Shown piece after piece: positions 15,154 through 24,294 of a DNA stretch of 25,339 nucleotides. This DNA comes from Candidatus Micrarchaeota archaeon (GTDB taxonomy: Archaea; Micrarchaeota; Micrarchaeia; Anstonellales; Bilamarchaeaceae). The DNA lies in assembly GCA_037440825.1 (NCBI GenBank), contig JBBITJ010000007.1:13780-39118 (forward strand). Reading direction: 5' to 3'. The stretch's first letter is position 1; each line of letters starts with the position of its first letter. The position numbers were made by a program, and so were the translations under genes. The notes below the pieces were generated by a model. That model searched no databases. It had not been told where the DNA came from and saw only the letters and a program-made list of their open reading frames with translations.

Positions 15154-16878
15154 TCATTTCCTCCCCTTCATCAACTCGTACATGTCGATTACTTCCTGCG
15201 TGGTGGTGCTCTCCTTCGGCTCCTTGTCCAAGCGCAGCTTCATCATGCGCGGAAACCTCAGCGCATACCCTTTGCCGCCTTCCATCCCGCACGTGTGCGT
15301 GGGGCTCAGCGTGATGTCGTCGAACGCCACTTCCACCACATACTTTGGCTGCACCCAGAAATCCGGCTTCACCTTCCATTCCAGGTCCTTCGCGGAATCT
15401 TTGGTCCTGATTTCGGACAGCATCTCCTGGAGCGTTTTCATCTCCTCCTCACTGTACCCTGAGCCCACTTTCGCAACTGTTTCGAGCTTTCCGCGCTCGG
15501 GATTATACACGGCGACGAGGAGCCCTCCGAACTCGAATTCCGCACGCGCGCCCCTCCCCAGATAATAGCCCACTATGGTTGCATCAACAGTGTCCACTGC
15601 TTTTCCGTAGCTCTTCTTGAGCTTTATCCACGCGAATTTCCGCGCGCCGGCAACGTAAGACGCATTCAAATCCTTGGCCATTATCCCTTCCAGCCCACGG
15701 TCCACGGATTCTTGGAAAAGCTCCTCCACTTCCTGCGCTGTTTTCGCTATTTTCTTTTCTGAGATCTTCAGTATTCCTGACGGGAAGATGTTTTCCATCC
15801 ACTTCCTGCGCTCCGCGTAGCTCTCTTGGGTGAGGTCCTTGCCGTCAAGGTACATGATGTCGAACGCGTACACGTAAAGGGGGTACTCCTTCGCGCTTTC
15901 CCCGATCCCGTATTTCCTCCTCCTGTGCATCGTTTCCTGGAACGAGTAGAAGCGGTTCTTCTTTTCGTTGAACGCGAGCGCCTCGCCTTCGAATATCATC
16001 TCCTCGTGCTTCAGTTTCCTCACGGCATCTATCACATCGGGATACATGAACGTTATCTTCTCCAGCTTCCTGGAATATATCTCCACCCTGCTTCCCTTCT
16101 TGTGCACCTGTATCCTGAACCCATCGAATTTGAATTCTATTGCACACTCGCCTATCTTCTCTAAGATTTCCTCAGGGGTGGAGAGCCGCTCCGCGAGCGC
16201 TGGCCGTATGGGCTTGAACAGCTCTATCCTGAAATCCCCTATCCTCTCCGGCGCTTCCATGAATGTTTTCGCCACGAGCCCCAAGTCTGAGCAGAGGTTG
16301 TACGCCCTTTCCAGATACGCCCTGAGGCTTTTGTCCCCTGCCTTGGCCACTGAAAGCGCGTCCAGCACGGTCGGATCGCCTATTCCAAGCCTGAGCTGGC
16401 CAGCCACGAACCGGGTTATGAATTTCCCTTCCGCAGGAGAAGCATTGTTAAGGAGCTCGGCGAGCAATTTTATCTTCAGGTTCTGGCTCCCAGTTCCGGC
16501 TGCTTTGGCTATCTTGAGCATCACGTCGTAGATGTAAGAGGATTCCATGTCCTTGGTGGAGAGCGCCTGCTGCCTCTTCCTTCCCAGGAAGGACTCCGAT
16601 ACCAATCCAAGGTCGCCCAGCTTCTTGTACTCCTTCTCCACATCCTTGAAGGAATAGCCAGTAGAGCTTGCAATCGCCTGCATCGCGAACCTTTCGCCCA
16701 TCCCCAGGTCTATTCCTTCATAAGGGGGCGCCAGGATGCCTTGTATGATGTATGTGATCTTCCTTGCCTCTTCCGGCTTCGCGTTCCCGTATACCTTTGC
16801 AAGAAGGCTGGTCATCTCCAGCCTGCAGCTCTTCTTCTCTATCTCCTCGAATGCGGCTGCGAGTTCCCTGAAAAGCAT
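15154..16878 (-). CDS. lig: ATP-dependent DNA ligase
   Basis: Motif I EFKFDGFR, motif III EGE, motif IIIa FDIMY, motif IV EGIMAK, motif V WIKLK and motif VI LRFPRMMKLRLDK. Confidence 0.97.
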   Translation of the reverse strand: MLFRELAAAFEEIEKKSCRLEMTSLLAKVYGNAKPEEARKITYIIQGILAPPYEGIDLGMGERFAMQAIASSTGYSFKDVEKEYKKLGDLGLVSESFLGRKRQQALSTKDMESSYIYDVMLKIAKAAGTGSQNLKIKLLAELLNNASPAEGKFITRFVAGQLRLGIGDPTVLDALSVAKAGDKSLRAYLERAYNLCSDLGLVAKTFMEAPERIGDFRIELFKPIRPALAERLSTPEEILEKIGECAIEFKFDGFRIQVHKKGSRVEIYSRKLEKITFMYPDVIDAVRKLKHEEMIFEGEALAFNEKKNRFYSFQETMHRRRKYGIGESAKEYPLYVYAFDIMYLDGKDLTQESYAERRKWMENIFPSGILKISEKKIAKTAQEVEELFQESVDRGLEGIMAKDLNASYVAGARKFAWIKLKKSYGKAVDTVDATIVGYYLGRGARAEFEFGGLLVAVYNPERGKLETVAKVGSGYSEEEMKTLQEMLSEIRTKDSAKDLEWKVKPDFWVQPKYVVEVAFDDITLSPTHTCGMEGGKGYALRFPRMMKLRLDKEPKESTTTQEVIDMYELMKGRK

Positions 16879-16928
16879 GCTCTCGCCTTCGCCAGCAATG
16901 AATATATAGTTTATTCAAGCCGATTCTC

Positions 16929-17105
16929 ATGAAAAAGAAGAACGTGTATTTCGTCCCTGAAAAGAATGCCGTAGAGCTGGACATCGCGGCTGCAGAAAGG
17001 GAGGTGAGCGACACGCGCAAGAAGCTCTATTTCGCGATTTCGCTCGTGATGACAGAGCTCGGCAGGATGCTGAATTCAGGGAAAAGGAAGCTGATGAAAG
17101 GCTGA
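16929..17105 (+). CDS. Small hypothetical protein (58 aa; possibly frameshifted near its 3' end), absent from the ORF track
   Basis: MKKKNVYFVPEKNAVELDIAAAEREVSDTRKKLYFAISLVMTELGRMLNSGKRKLMKG*. High GC at third codon positions. AATATATA at 16901-16908 lies between it and the divergent ligase. Confidence 0.55.
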   Translation: MKKKNVYFVPEKNAVELDIAAAEREVSDTRKKLYFAISLVMTELGRMLNSGKRKLMKG

Positions 17106-17166
17106 TAAAGTTCATGAACAAAGTCGAGAACGAAAGGAAAAAAGGATAGAGTTCTAGCCCGCTGCC

Positions 17167-17556
17167 CTAAATGCCCATGGCCCCGATTACCCTCGCCTTG
17201 TAGAGTATCGCAACCGAGCGTATGAGCGCGGTGAGAGTGAATGCGAACGCAAGCGCGAGCAGCAGCTCGCTCCTGTTCAGGACGTAAAAGAGGAATATGA
17301 GCACAGGGTAGGCGAACTGCCTTCCTATGCTTTCCATGACCTCCAATGAGAAGAATTTCAATTTCTTCCTGTCCTCGTACCTCACCGCGTTTATGCCTGC
17401 CATCTGCCCCAAAAACATCAGGAATACGGCTGCCATCACGAGGCTGAGGCTCCTTGTGGAGAGGAACGCGAACACGCCGAAGAACATCAATATTTCGCCG
17501 AGGAAGCTGAAGAATCCGTCGAGAATCTTGAGTATCCATAATCGAATTATGCTCAT
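17167..17556 (-). CDS. Hypothetical membrane protein (~4 TM)
   Basis: Two hydrophobic hairpins separated by a charged loop (RYEDRKKLK). ATG 17556 chosen over GTG 17562. Confidence 0.75.
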   Translation of the reverse strand: MSIIRLWILKILDGFFSFLGEILMFFGVFAFLSTRSLSLVMAAVFLMFLGQMAGINAVRYEDRKKLKFFSLEVMESIGRQFAYPVLIFLFYVLNRSELLLALAFAFTLTALIRSVAILYKARVIGAMGI

Positions 17557-17781
17557 GTGCACATGCCTCGTTTATGCTGCAGAAATTTCCTGAACCGGTC
17601 AATACCTGCAACGAAATTAGCCGAAGGGATTTTTAATATGCGTTTCCCGGGCGAAGCGCAAGACAACTGGTGAATTTGGCTGTCATGCGCGAGCGCTTTA
17701 TGCGCCGCGCATGACAGGTTTCGGCTTCTTAGCAACATGGGGTTTGCAAGGGGAAGAGTATGCTCTGGCATCCGCCTTGCA

Positions 17782-19035
17782 TCAGAACACCCGGGCCATG
17801 GAAACCTTGTGGTCCTCCTCTATCCTGAGCAGCTGGTTGTATTTTGAGGTGCGCTCCCCGCGGGCAGGCGCGCCAGTCTTTATTTGCCCTGCGTTTATGC
17901 CTACTGCGAAGTCCGCGATGAAATTGTCCTCGCTCTCGCCTGAGCGGTGGCTCACCACTATGCGGATACGGTTCTTCCTGCACATCTCCGCGACTTCCAA
18001 GCTCTCGCTAACCGTGCCTATCTGGTTTATCTTCAGCAGGAGCGCATTCACCGCCTTCTTCTCTATCGCGGTTTTAAGCCGTGCAGGGTTGGTCACCAGC
18101 AGGTCGTCGCCCACGATTTGCACCTTGGATCCAAACTTCGAGGTCATGGACGCGAAGCTTTCGAAATCATCCTCGTAAAATGGGTCCTCTATGCTCAGGA
18201 TGCCGTATTTCTTTATCATCTCCCCGTAATAATCGAGAAGCTGCCCTGCGTCGAGCTTCTTCCCGTCTATGGAATATTTTCCGCCCTTCCCTTCATAGAA
18301 GGAGCTTGCCGCTGCGTCTATTCCCAGGAGGATTTCCTTTCCGTATCCCGCTTCCTCTATCGCCAATGAAATCTCCTCCATCGCGTCGAAGCAGTTGGAG
18401 AAATTCGGGGCGAAGCCGCCCTCGTCCCCGACGTTCTTCGCGCTGGCGCCGTATTTCTTCGCGAGACGCCTGCCGAGAGCGTGGTAGACGTTGCACGCCA
18501 TCTCCATCGCTGAGCGGAAGTCCTTAGGCCATTTCGGGATTATCATGAATTCCTGTATCGCCAGCGAATTGCCTGCGTGCTTCCCTCCGTTGAGGATGTT
18601 CAGCATGGGCACGGGGAGCAGGTTTCCTCCGAGGTATTGGTAGACCTGCTGCTTCTTCGCGTACGCCGCGGCTTTCATCAGGGCCATGGAGACCGCGACT
18701 GTCGCATTCGCGCCCAGCACGCTCTTGTTCTCGCTCCCGTCCAGCGAGATCATCTTCGAATCCAGCTTCCTCTGCTCGGACGCGTTCTCGCCAACTAGCG
18801 CGGGCGCGATGATATTGTTCACGTTGCTCACCGCGTTCAGCACGCCCTTTCCGCCGAAGCGCTTGCCTCCGTCCCGCAATTCGTGCGCCTCGTGGATGCC
18901 TGTGCTCGCCCCGCTCGGCGCGATTGCACGCGCGAATGAAGAGGCGGTCTTAATCTCCGCCTCCACAGTCGGATTGCCTCTTGAATCCAGCACCTCACGT
19001 GCGAAAACGCGCTCGATTCGCAAATTGAAAGTCAT
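17782..19035 (-). CDS. eno: Enolase (phosphopyruvate hydratase)
   Basis: DSRGNPTVE, PSGASTG, GGKHAGN, QEFMI, GDEGG, SHRSGESED, GQIKTGAP and KYNQLLRIEE. Start placed at ATG 19035. Confidence 0.97.
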   Translation of the reverse strand: MTFNLRIERVFAREVLDSRGNPTVEAEIKTASSFARAIAPSGASTGIHEAHELRDGGKRFGGKGVLNAVSNVNNIIAPALVGENASEQRKLDSKMISLDGSENKSVLGANATVAVSMALMKAAAYAKKQQVYQYLGGNLLPVPMLNILNGGKHAGNSLAIQEFMIIPKWPKDFRSAMEMACNVYHALGRRLAKKYGASAKNVGDEGGFAPNFSNCFDAMEEISLAIEEAGYGKEILLGIDAAASSFYEGKGGKYSIDGKKLDAGQLLDYYGEMIKKYGILSIEDPFYEDDFESFASMTSKFGSKVQIVGDDLLVTNPARLKTAIEKKAVNALLLKINQIGTVSESLEVAEMCRKNRIRIVVSHRSGESEDNFIADFAVGINAGQIKTGAPARGERTSKYNQLLRIEEDHKVSMARVF

Positions 19036-19107
19036 AATATCATACCTTGCGGATCTATGGCGGCCCAATTTGCGAATTCGGCGACGATTACTTTCATGGA
19101 AACACCG

Positions 19108-20850
19108 CTATTCGAACGTCACCGGCGCTTCAGGAGGAACTCCGATCTCCTTCACCGTGTCCAGCAGCATCTTCTGCATCTCCACAGGATCCAGGCTTTC
19201 CAGAGCCTTGATCGCGAAATCCAGCTTCGCCTCGCTCTCCGAGTAGATGGTAAAGAGCAGGTCTCCGGGCTCCACCTTGTCCCCCTTGAGGCGATAGAGA
19301 TACACTCCTGCGCCCTTGTCGCCTGGCGCGCCAGCGAGCCTGCATATCTTGGAGATCGCCTTGTTGTCTATGTGGCTTATCTTTCCGCCGCGCTCCGCGC
19401 GCACCTCGTATTTGTACTGGCCTATGGGCATGTCGTCGCTCTTCACGTTCCTGTCCCCTCCCTGCAATTCTATTATCTCCCTCATCTTCGCGAGCGCCTT
19501 CCCGCTGTCTATGAAATGCTCAGCGACCTCGTAGCCCTTGCCTTTCTGCACTTTTCCGCTGAGCTCGAGCACCTTGCCTGCGACAATCAGGCTCTTGTGC
19601 CTCAAATCTTCAGGCCCTGCACCTTCGAGCACCTGCAAAACGTCCCTGGCCTCCAGCGCCGGGCCGACTCCGTTTCCTATGGGCTCGCTTCCGTCCGTTA
19701 TGAGCGCTTCGACGTTCATTTCGAGCATTTTTCCTATCTTGAGGAAGTCCTGCGCCAGCTCCTGCGCATCGGCCATGGATGCGATCTTGGTTCCCCTCCC
19801 TATCGGGATGTCGATTATTACGTGCTGCGCTCCTACGCTCTTCTTCTTCGCGAGGATGGATGAAAGCAGCACGCCCCTGGGATCCAGGCTGAGTGGGTTC
19901 CGTATCTTGATGAGTTTGTCGTCAGCCGACGCGAGGTTGAGGCCTCCGCCCCACACTATCGCGCCGTAGCTCTTGAGCACCATCTCCTTCAATTCGTCGA
20001 TCTGGAAATCCACGTTGGCGAGCACCTCCATGGTGTCCGCGGTCCCTGCAGGGCTCGTTATCGCCCTGCTCGAGGTCTTCGGAATGTACACTCCCGCTGC
20101 TGCTATTATCGGGACTATGACCATCGTGGTCCTGTTGCCGGCAACGCCTCCGATGCAGTGCTTGTCCGCTATCGGGCTCTTGCCCAGTATAAGGCGGTCG
20201 CCGCTTGAGACTATGCTATTCGTCAGGGAAACGACTTCGCTGTCGGAGAGACCGTTTATGTACATGGAGGAAACCCACGCCCCCAATTCAGCTTCGCTGA
20301 GCTTGTTGTCCATGAGGTCCTTGATTATCGTGTCCACTTCGCCCGGCGTCAGCTCCTTCTTGTCCATCTTCTTCCTTATGTATTCCAGCGACGCAGGGCG
20401 GTTGAGGTGGACTATCTCGATTATGTCCCCGTCCTGCACTTCCAGGTAGTCGCTCACGTCCCTGAAGACGCCCATCTCCCCGGGCTTCACCACGTCCTCG
20501 CCGGCTACGTCCACCACCACCGCGAGCTCTTTGCCCTTGAAACGCAGCATCTCGCGGTAGCCGGCGTAGACGTCGTTCTGCTGCGCCTCGGCCTTGTTGA
20601 GCACCACTATGCGCTTGCCCGTGTATATGTTTATCTTCTTCGCCTGGACTATGTAGGGCTTTATCCTCCACACGTCCACCTTCTTCTTCTCCTTCTCCAC
20701 GTACACCTTCTGCCCTTCCTTGTGGAATGTGTGCAACCCGGCGCCGTTGCCGTTTTTCGGTTTTGCGCCTCTGGTTTCCGGCTTTGCTCCGCTTTCCTCT
20801 TTAACCCCGCTTTTGCCACTCTCTTTTGATTTTGAAGGTTTGCCAGCCAT
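19108..20850 (-). CDS. deoA: AMP phosphorylase (thymidine phosphorylase family, archaeal AMP pathway)
   Basis: DKHCIGGVAGNRTT, KTSSRAITSPAGTADTME and GNGVGPALEARDVL, plus the extra N-terminal domain typical of AMPpase. Adjacent to the R15P isomerase gene. Confidence 0.94.
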   Translation of the reverse strand: MAGKPSKSKESGKSGVKEESGAKPETRGAKPKNGNGAGLHTFHKEGQKVYVEKEKKKVDVWRIKPYIVQAKKINIYTGKRIVVLNKAEAQQNDVYAGYREMLRFKGKELAVVVDVAGEDVVKPGEMGVFRDVSDYLEVQDGDIIEIVHLNRPASLEYIRKKMDKKELTPGEVDTIIKDLMDNKLSEAELGAWVSSMYINGLSDSEVVSLTNSIVSSGDRLILGKSPIADKHCIGGVAGNRTTMVIVPIIAAAGVYIPKTSSRAITSPAGTADTMEVLANVDFQIDELKEMVLKSYGAIVWGGGLNLASADDKLIKIRNPLSLDPRGVLLSSILAKKKSVGAQHVIIDIPIGRGTKIASMADAQELAQDFLKIGKMLEMNVEALITDGSEPIGNGVGPALEARDVLQVLEGAGPEDLRHKSLIVAGKVLELSGKVQKGKGYEVAEHFIDSGKALAKMREIIELQGGDRNVKSDDMPIGQYKYEVRAERGGKISHIDNKAISKICRLAGAPGDKGAGVYLYRLKGDKVEPGDLLFTIYSESEAKLDFAIKALESLDPVEMQKMLLDTVKEIGVPPEAPVTFE

Positions 20851-20862
20851 AAGAACACCAAA

Positions 20863-21795
20863 TCATGAAATCTGCAGCCCGAGCCGCTGGTTCGCGACGC
20901 TCCACAACGACTGGGGCGGTATCACTCCTATTTCCGTCACGTAGCCGTTGATGTAACGCGACGCGGTAGCGTCGAACGCAGGGTTGGAGACCTTGACGTT
21001 TTTGGGCGCGTCTTCCCACACTTCGCTGCTGTCGCGCTGCTCTATCTTCTCCCTGTTGCCGAAAATGGTGAGGGGATCGTATTTGTACAGCTCGGTCGCG
21101 CTGTAGAAACTCACGTCGTGCATCCTCGCTATGTGCGCAAGGGTGGAAGTCCCAACCTTGTTTATCAGGTCGCCCATCGAAGTGACCGCGTCAGCGCCCA
21201 CTATGCAAAGGTCCGCCTTCTTCATGTAAAAGTTCATCGCGCCGTCCACTGCGAGAGTCGTTTTTATCCCTGCATCGGCCAGCTCCTTCGCCGTGGTGCG
21301 GCCCTGGTACCTCGGCCTGGTCTCGAGCGCGACCACGCTGAATTCCTTGTCCAGCTCCTTCGCCCTCTTCAATATGCCGATCACCGTGGAGCTGTGGCAG
21401 TGCGTCATCACAATCCCGCCGTCCGGGATAAGGCGCGCGCCGTAGTCGCACAGCTTCCTGTGGTTCGCCTCCATCTCGTCGAAATAGGATATCGCCTCCT
21501 TCACAATCGCCTTCTTGAGCACGTTGACGTCGAGCGCAGGGTGCGTCTTTATCTGCATGAGCGTGAATTTCACCGCGTCGTTTATGGAATTCCTCATCAT
21601 GGGCTCAGTTGGCCGCGAAGCCGCGAGTGCATCCCCCACCTCCAGCAATTCGGAATAGAGCTCGGGCTTCGACCTCGCCCTGGATTTCTGTATCTGGATT
21701 ATGAGAGCCTCTATCGCGCTCTTCGCCACGTTCCTGGCACCCTGTATCTTGAGGGACTTTATGTCCCTGATTATGCGCTCGACTTCACGCTCCAT
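20863..21795 (-). CDS. Ribose-1,5-bisphosphate isomerase (eIF-2B alpha/beta/delta family)
   Basis: IQGA, SRPTEPMMRN, THCHSSTV (catalytic Cys), ETRPRYQG, VGADAV, NKVGT and NPAFD. Lies 12 nt upstream of AMP phosphorylase. Confidence 0.9.
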   Translation of the reverse strand: MEREVERIIRDIKSLKIQGARNVAKSAIEALIIQIQKSRARSKPELYSELLEVGDALAASRPTEPMMRNSINDAVKFTLMQIKTHPALDVNVLKKAIVKEAISYFDEMEANHRKLCDYGARLIPDGGIVMTHCHSSTVIGILKRAKELDKEFSVVALETRPRYQGRTTAKELADAGIKTTLAVDGAMNFYMKKADLCIVGADAVTSMGDLINKVGTSTLAHIARMHDVSFYSATELYKYDPLTIFGNREKIEQRDSSEVWEDAPKNVKVSNPAFDATASRYINGYVTEIGVIPPQSLWSVANQRLGLQIS

Positions 21796-21875
21796 TTTTT
21801 CACCGTGGCCGTGCGGCCCTACGCCGTTTTGAAATGGGAATTAAGTAATATAAACGTTCCCCTCATAATTCTCGC

Positions 21876-22385
21876 ATGAGAAGAGCTGTTTTTCTCGCCA
21901 TTGCGCTCGCGTTCGCAGCGGGCTGCATAACCTCCTCCCTCAGGAACGGCGGCGGGGAGAACGTTGCGGAGACGAAGAAGCTCAACCTCGCAGGTCTCGG
22001 GCTCACGAAGCTCATGGAGCTCGGGATTCCGATAGAATGCGGAGTCAACACGTCGAACGGGTTTGTGGAATTCAGGATAGCCAACGGCTCGTTCAGAACG
22101 CAGAGCGGCCAGTTCGTGGTGATAGGCAAAGGCACCGCGGTGTACATGAAAGTCCCGGGCGAGATGAGGGAGGAGCTCGGCTGCGACTGGGTGATGGTCA
22201 ACGCGACGGAGAACGTGTTCGCGGAATGGCGCGCGCAGCTCAGCCCTGTGCAGGAGGACTTCTACGCAATCCCTCCCGCTAATTTCGACTGCGACGTGGA
22301 TGACGTGCACGAATCGGAATTCTACGTCTCAGGGGACATCTGCTGGTTCTTTGATTTGAAATTGAACGCTACTGAAGGAACTTGA
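21876..22385 (+). CDS. Putative lipoprotein
   Basis: Signal peptide MRRAVFLAIALAFAAGC with a lipobox. Beta-rich mature part with four further Cys. Confidence 0.75.
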   Translation: MRRAVFLAIALAFAAGCITSSLRNGGGENVAETKKLNLAGLGLTKLMELGIPIECGVNTSNGFVEFRIANGSFRTQSGQFVVIGKGTAVYMKVPGEMREELGCDWVMVNATENVFAEWRAQLSPVQEDFYAIPPANFDCDVDDVHESEFYVSGDICWFFDLKLNATEGT

Positions 22386-22890
22386 ACGTCCACACAACTC
22401 CGAGTATCCCGAGGAACTTGAAAACCAGCGAGAGCATCATGAACCTGTTGAGCTCCATCCTGCTGAAGCTCAGCACAAGCACCGCGAGCTCGTCCGGTAT
22501 GAAAGGCGTCGCGAGGCACGTCCCTCCGAGGAACATAAGCGCCGCCCTTTCCAGGTCCGTCCTCGGGCGGGGGGCCTTGAACTCGTAGCCCATGAACGCT
22601 ACCTTCTTGTGCAGGACCTTGTTGAAGCCCACGAAGAATATCGTGTCCGAGAGCATCGCGCCAACCGAAGCTGCCATGGCTATGCGCAGCGGGCTCATCA
22701 TGTCAAGATAAGTGGAAAAGAGGGCTATGGAGAGCGGGACGGTTGCGGATGAGGAATAGAAGAGCCCTGCTACGAGCACCCCAAGGTTCATGAACGTGCC
22801 CAGGGAAAGTATGAACGCTTCCATCACACCGCTCGTGTAGAGCATGTAAGACAACGCAAAGATGACAACGAATACGATCGCATCGCGCAT
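22369..22890 (-). CDS. DedA/VTT-like membrane protein
   Basis: Hydrophobic, with DedA-like segments AASVGAMLSDTIFF and PFIPDELAVLVLSFSRMELNRF. AGGTGA upstream. Confidence 0.72.
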   Translation of the reverse strand: MRDAIVFVVIFALSYMLYTSGVMEAFILSLGTFMNLGVLVAGLFYSSSATVPLSIALFSTYLDMMSPLRIAMAASVGAMLSDTIFFVGFNKVLHKKVAFMGYEFKAPRPRTDLERAALMFLGGTCLATPFIPDELAVLVLSFSRMELNRFMMLSLVFKFLGILGVVWTFKFLQ

Positions 22891-22940
22891 GATTATCCAT
22901 CATCACCTAAATTATTAAACTGCGCGAGCCATACTTCACC

Positions 22941-24290
22941 ATGGCTTCTGTCGAGATAAAAGGAATAATCACGCGCATTTACGGACGCGACGAGTTCAGG
23001 TGCACAATCCACGACGGAAACAGGAACTCGGAATTCTTTTCGCGCACGTTCGTCCATCCGGGGGACAGCGCGAGGGTTTCGTGTTTTGAGGAGGAGCGTT
23101 TCGGCAAAAAGGCGCTGGTCGCGGAGAAGATCGAGAAGGCTCCGGACATGTACGCGGAAGTGGAAGGAAAGCTTATGGAAAATGCACAGCTTCATCCCAT
23201 TTCAGGATTTGACGGCACTACGGAAAAGATGAGGGGGCAATTCGAAATGATGGCGCGCAAGATATACGCTGCGCAGCAGCTCGGAAGGCACATCGCCGTG
23301 AAGTTCCACGGCGACGCGGACGGCATATCCTCCGCGCTCATTGTGAGGAAATTCCTCCGCGCAACGTACCTCCAGCAGAACGGCGCCATATATTCCGTGG
23401 GCGACGCCATACGGGATTTGGAGAAGATGAACCAGCAGTTCCGCCCCCTGCTCGTGTTGCTGGATTTCGGGAGCGGGGAGGACAGCGCGGAAGGATTGGG
23501 GCTCGCGAAGGCAGGAGGTTTGGAGATGATCAGCATAGACCATCATCCGCCAAGCGGATTTTCAGTTCCGAGTTTCGCGTTGAGGGTGAATCCTTGGGAC
23601 GCAGCCGGCGAAACCCAGGACAATAAACCGGAAACGTTTGATGGCTCCAGATACCCGACAGGATTCCTGTGCGCGAAGCTCGCCGAGGCGTTCGGGATCG
23701 GAAGCGACGGGCTTGAGAGGGTAGCGTGCGCAGGAGACAAGAGTTCCATCGTTGAAATTTCCAAGGAGGACAGGGAGAAGGCGCTCGTGCTCGATTTCGT
23801 AGCCACGTATTCCGGATTCGGGAACGGGATAGAATTCTATTCGGAGGTGCTCGCCAAGCCGGAGCTATTCAATTCCATTCTGGTGCAGGCGCATTCGAAG
23901 CTTGAGGAAGCTGACCGGCTGCTCAAGACCGCGCTGAAGAGCAAGAGTGTGCAGAAGGCTGAAGTTTATTGGTTCAACCTGGACACTGTTGCGGAGAAAC
24001 GCGAGTTCCCGAACAGAGGAAAAGTGACCGGGAGGGTTTTCGAGGTTGCAGGCGCGAAAGGGGCCGCGGTCGTCATAGGGTATTCGAAAAGGACGCTAAT
24101 ATTCCGGCTCAATGACGAGGCTGTTGCGAACGGGCTGGACGCGCGGCGCATAATAGAGGGGATGAAGGCCAACTTTTCCGATTTCGTGGAGAACGGAGGG
24201 GGGCATGCGCGCGCCGCAGCGTTGCGGATAAAGGAAGGCTTCGAAGCAGCTGCTGTTGAGGAAATTATAAAAATGCTGGGACAGCAATAG
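22941..24290 (+). CDS. RecJ-like DHH/DHHA1 phosphoesterase with N-terminal OB-fold-like region
   Basis: HGDADG, LLDFGSG, IDHH, AGD and C-terminal GGGH. Beta-rich N-terminus. Confidence 0.9.
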   Translation: MASVEIKGIITRIYGRDEFRCTIHDGNRNSEFFSRTFVHPGDSARVSCFEEERFGKKALVAEKIEKAPDMYAEVEGKLMENAQLHPISGFDGTTEKMRGQFEMMARKIYAAQQLGRHIAVKFHGDADGISSALIVRKFLRATYLQQNGAIYSVGDAIRDLEKMNQQFRPLLVLLDFGSGEDSAEGLGLAKAGGLEMISIDHHPPSGFSVPSFALRVNPWDAAGETQDNKPETFDGSRYPTGFLCAKLAEAFGIGSDGLERVACAGDKSSIVEISKEDREKALVLDFVATYSGFGNGIEFYSEVLAKPELFNSILVQAHSKLEEADRLLKTALKSKSVQKAEVYWFNLDTVAEKREFPNRGKVTGRVFEVAGAKGAAVVIGYSKRTLIFRLNDEAVANGLDARRIIEGMKANFSDFVENGGGHARAAALRIKEGFEAAAVEEIIKMLGQQ

Positions 24291-24294
24291 AAGC

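Noticed and set aside
15158..15379. Upstream extension of the permease ORF to 15379
   Set aside because: It overlaps the ligase C-terminal coding region in another frame.
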